A stretch of 64,000 bases of DNA from Callorhinchus milii (Eukaryota). Each line of letters starts with the position of its first letter. Positions within the stretch are counted from its first letter, which is position 1. The stretch lies in the NCBI RefSeq assembly GCF_018977255.1, contig NW_024704755.1:15252001-15316000 (forward strand), in the 5' to 3' direction. The translations under genes and the position numbers were made by a program. Below the pieces are notes generated by a model that had not been told where the DNA came from, made no database searches, and saw only the letters and a program-made list of their open reading frames with translations. This document shows positions 63,096 to 64,000 of this stretch, piece by piece.

Positions 63096-64000
63096 TTATG
63101 CGGTTCCTGACTCCATGAAAGTGCCATCTTCGTAGTTTCTGGTCTTTACCTCGGAATACTCTGAATTCTTGTCGCTGTGTTTAGCTTTTCCTGTATTTTT
63201 GGAGCGAGGCAAATCCAGAGCAGCGTATGTCAGCTTGTTAGCGGCTGCTCCTTGCTTGGTCTGCAAAAACAATGTTTGGTTTGTCTTTGTTTGTCTTTGT
63301 TACACAGAGAGATGTACATAGAATGGTACAGGAACTGACCATCCGGTGTTTATACTTCACACGAGCTCCATCCCTTCCTATTTGCTCCTATAACTCTCTT
63401 ATCTCTTCCCCTCATGTATGCAACACGTTTTAGGTTACATTATTCCAAACGCTTCACCCCATGGACGATTGGTAAATGTATTGCAAACTGCGATATGTAG
63501 CTGCAGATTTAAGGGTTTTAGATCTCAACGATGAGCTGACAACTGCTTTCATGGGTTGGCGAAGATCAGTTAGTGCTGCAATTCCTGATTGCTCTGTGGG
63601 ACATTGACATCTCAGGACGTCTGGATTGTAATATCTCTGATCCTCGTTAATTTATTTGCTGAATTGTTGACTCATTTATAAAGATAAAATCTAAGGACTA
63701 TATAGCTCAGAAGACCAGACGGCCCATCGTACACGTGCTGTATGTTTGAAAGAATTATCTATTGATTCCCATTTACCCGCCTTTTCGCCAACACTCCCTA
63801 AAATTGATCCGTTTTACATATCTTCATTATCTTTAGATAAATAAATGATATTGGTTGAATCCTGGAAAGCTGAAAATGTTCCACAACTAAATGCAGCATC
63901 GAAAACGAGGTAGAAGATTGGAGGAGGGGACAAAATCATAACGATGAAAGTCAATGAACCCAATTTACCAAACCTGTCCAATACAAGATTTCTCCATGCT
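63096..64000 (-). CDS. 3' end of a second A1 copy (terminal ITIM exon 63260-63096; partial penultimate exon 64000-63974)
   Basis: Near-identical to 5272-6166; R->Q and P->S substitutions; runs off the window edge. Confidence 0.78.

Larger units (their letters stand above)
57826..64000. repeat. Segmental duplication copy 2
   Basis: Only about a dozen or so substitutions and indels seen by eye versus 1-6166. Confidence 0.97.

Noticed and set aside
1-64000. CRISPR array, rRNA, prokaryotic operons, intact autonomous transposon; remaining short ORFs in the track
   Set aside because: No repeat-spacer arrays or rRNA-like sequence. All LINE frames are broken. The short ORFs use non-ATG starts or overlap repeats or introns, and recur only because the DNA is duplicated.

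Overview
Vertebrate genomic DNA, inferred from its repeat content (L2 and CR1 LINEs, tRNA-headed and Deu-core SINEs, Penelope-type palindrome) to be cartilaginous fish. The window holds a tandem cluster of minus-strand, non-rearranging immunoglobulin-superfamily receptor genes with leader - V(J-like) - C1 exons. I reconstructed exons by hand from splice signals. Gene A1 (10975->5272, 7 exons, 385 aa) is complete: it has an uncharged TM and two duplicated cytoplasmic exons carrying four tyrosine motifs (VAYVTL, TVYAQV, LTYAAL, SEYSEV), a SIRP-alpha-like inhibitory layout. Three upstream paralogous cassettes (A2 24562->22097, A3 39177->36715, A4 52873->51381) have intact leader, V and C1 exons. 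A2 and A3 have only a half TM exon and A4 has none, so they are either soluble decoys or variable cassettes that splice onto the single A1 tail. Pseudo-exons of related genes are interleaved. The cluster is built from nested duplications: an internal ~14.6-kb near-identical tandem pair, and a 57,825-bp period (1-6166 recurs at 57826-64000). Most ORFs in the supplied track are spurious or LINE-derived. No gene symbol is assigned.
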